This document shows, one piece after another, positions 63,161-64,000 of a stretch of 64,000 nt of DNA. How positions within the stretch are numbered: position 1 is the first letter of the stretch; each line of letters begins with the position of its first letter. Location of the stretch: contig NW_003314273.1 in assembly GCF_000143415.4 (NCBI RefSeq), positions 2,418,719-2,482,718 on the forward strand. Reading direction: 5' to 3'. This stretch comes from Selaginella moellendorffii. Taxonomy: Eukaryota; Plantae; Lycopodiophyta. The translations under genes were made by a program, and so were the position numbers. The notes below the pieces were generated by a model, which worked only from the letters and a program-made list of their open reading frames with translations, did no database searches and was not told the origin of the DNA.

Positions 63161-63704
63161 ACGACCTGGGTGACCACATCAAACGCAAAAAATCAGAGTC
63201 GGATTTATCTTTCCGGCCTAGACAACCAAAAGCTGTCTACGATTACGAAAGAAAAGGAGAAAAAGCCTACTAGACTGGATGAATGATGTAAAACTTACGC
63301 GAAGGCCAGAAAAATCCCATGTGATTCTCCTTTTTTTTCCGAGCACTAGCCTGTGAATGATAGACAGCCTTTTGAGGCACGCGAAGCTAGCTGCAAAAAC
63401 CGAGTTTTTCTAAGTATGTAAACCGTAAGATAAGATAAACACAGCACAACCTTGGACACATTCCTGACTGTACTGCCTGTCGCGAGGATGGCCACTGCAG
63501 TGAAAGAAAAGAATTTTTAAGAATCTGCTGCAAAAAAACAAAGGAAAAAACAGACCTTGCTCGTCACCGCGTCATCCGGAAGAAATCTGCAACGTAAAAG
63601 ACTGGACAAGGAAGAAAACGATAAACAAAAGTTAGAGAAAAACAAAATGGAGATGGAGCGTCCAGTTTAAGCAGCTGCGATGGTAGAAAAGATCTTCTTC
63701 TTTA

Positions 63705-64000
63705 CTAGAAAATGTGGACAATGTCATAGACGAGCGTCCAAAAGAGCACGAAAGACATGAGCCCCTGGAGGAAACCATCGAACGCCACGCGGTGCCACGA
63801 ATCGAAGAAGGCGCTGGTGTTGAATCGGGTCTTGGCAGCGAGCCCAGCCGATGCGCACAGCATCACCAGGAAGTAGCAAAGGAATCCATACACACCGGTG
63901 AGCCCTAGAACGCCCGCGATGGCGCCCGCCACGATCGACAGGAACGTCCGGCAGTAGTAGGCGATCCTGAGATTGTGCTGCACATTTTCGGCGCTGAGAG
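63705..64000 (-). CDS. EMC6: ER membrane protein complex subunit 6 (5' end lies beyond the window)
   Basis: SAENVQHN..IAYYCRTFLSIVAGAIAGVLGLTG..GF...SFVLFWTLVYDIVHIF*. Confidence 0.92.
   Translation of the reverse strand, partial: LSAENVQHNLRIAYYCRTFLSIVAGAIAGVLGLTGVYGFLCYFLVMLCASAGLAAKTRFNTSAFFDSWHRVAFDGFLQGLMSFVLFWTLVYDIVHIF

Overview
Plant nuclear DNA. The very short (about 45-70 bp) introns, compact gene spacing and gene content suggest a lycophyte such as Selaginella, but the species is inferred. There are two 100-N assembly gaps, at about 25.3 kb and 33.0 kb. Positions 0.1-1.9 kb hold a 5-exon CYP72-clan cytochrome P450. Positions 2-34 kb are an AT-rich nest of retroelements: a TRIM, several LTR families, a degenerate chromodomain-bearing Ty3/Gypsy element, a LARD-like tandem array and large inverted repeats. 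This block also contains an F-box pseudogene and an inverted pair of S-protein-homologue (SPH) genes. Positions 34.5-64 kb are gene-dense: an EDS5/DTX46-like MATE, a Gypsy relic, MATE and STP pseudogene fragments, an STP sugar transporter, a conserved unknown gene, an AHL, peroxisomal AGT, an INSIG-like membrane protein, a CML, a plastid MSL2/3-like channel, a second unknown gene and EMC6. The main candidates for follow-up are (1) a 47-bp GT-AG intron-like insert in the Gypsy integrase core, (2) a relic His-Me finger (Endonuclea_NS_2-like) nuclease gene that the ORF track misses, (3) an STP lacking the proton-coupling Asp, (4) the palindromic AT-rich SPH gene pair, and (5) a GAAA-tetraloop hairpin shared by three LTR families, two of which meet at a PPT junction in a chimeric retroelement chain.
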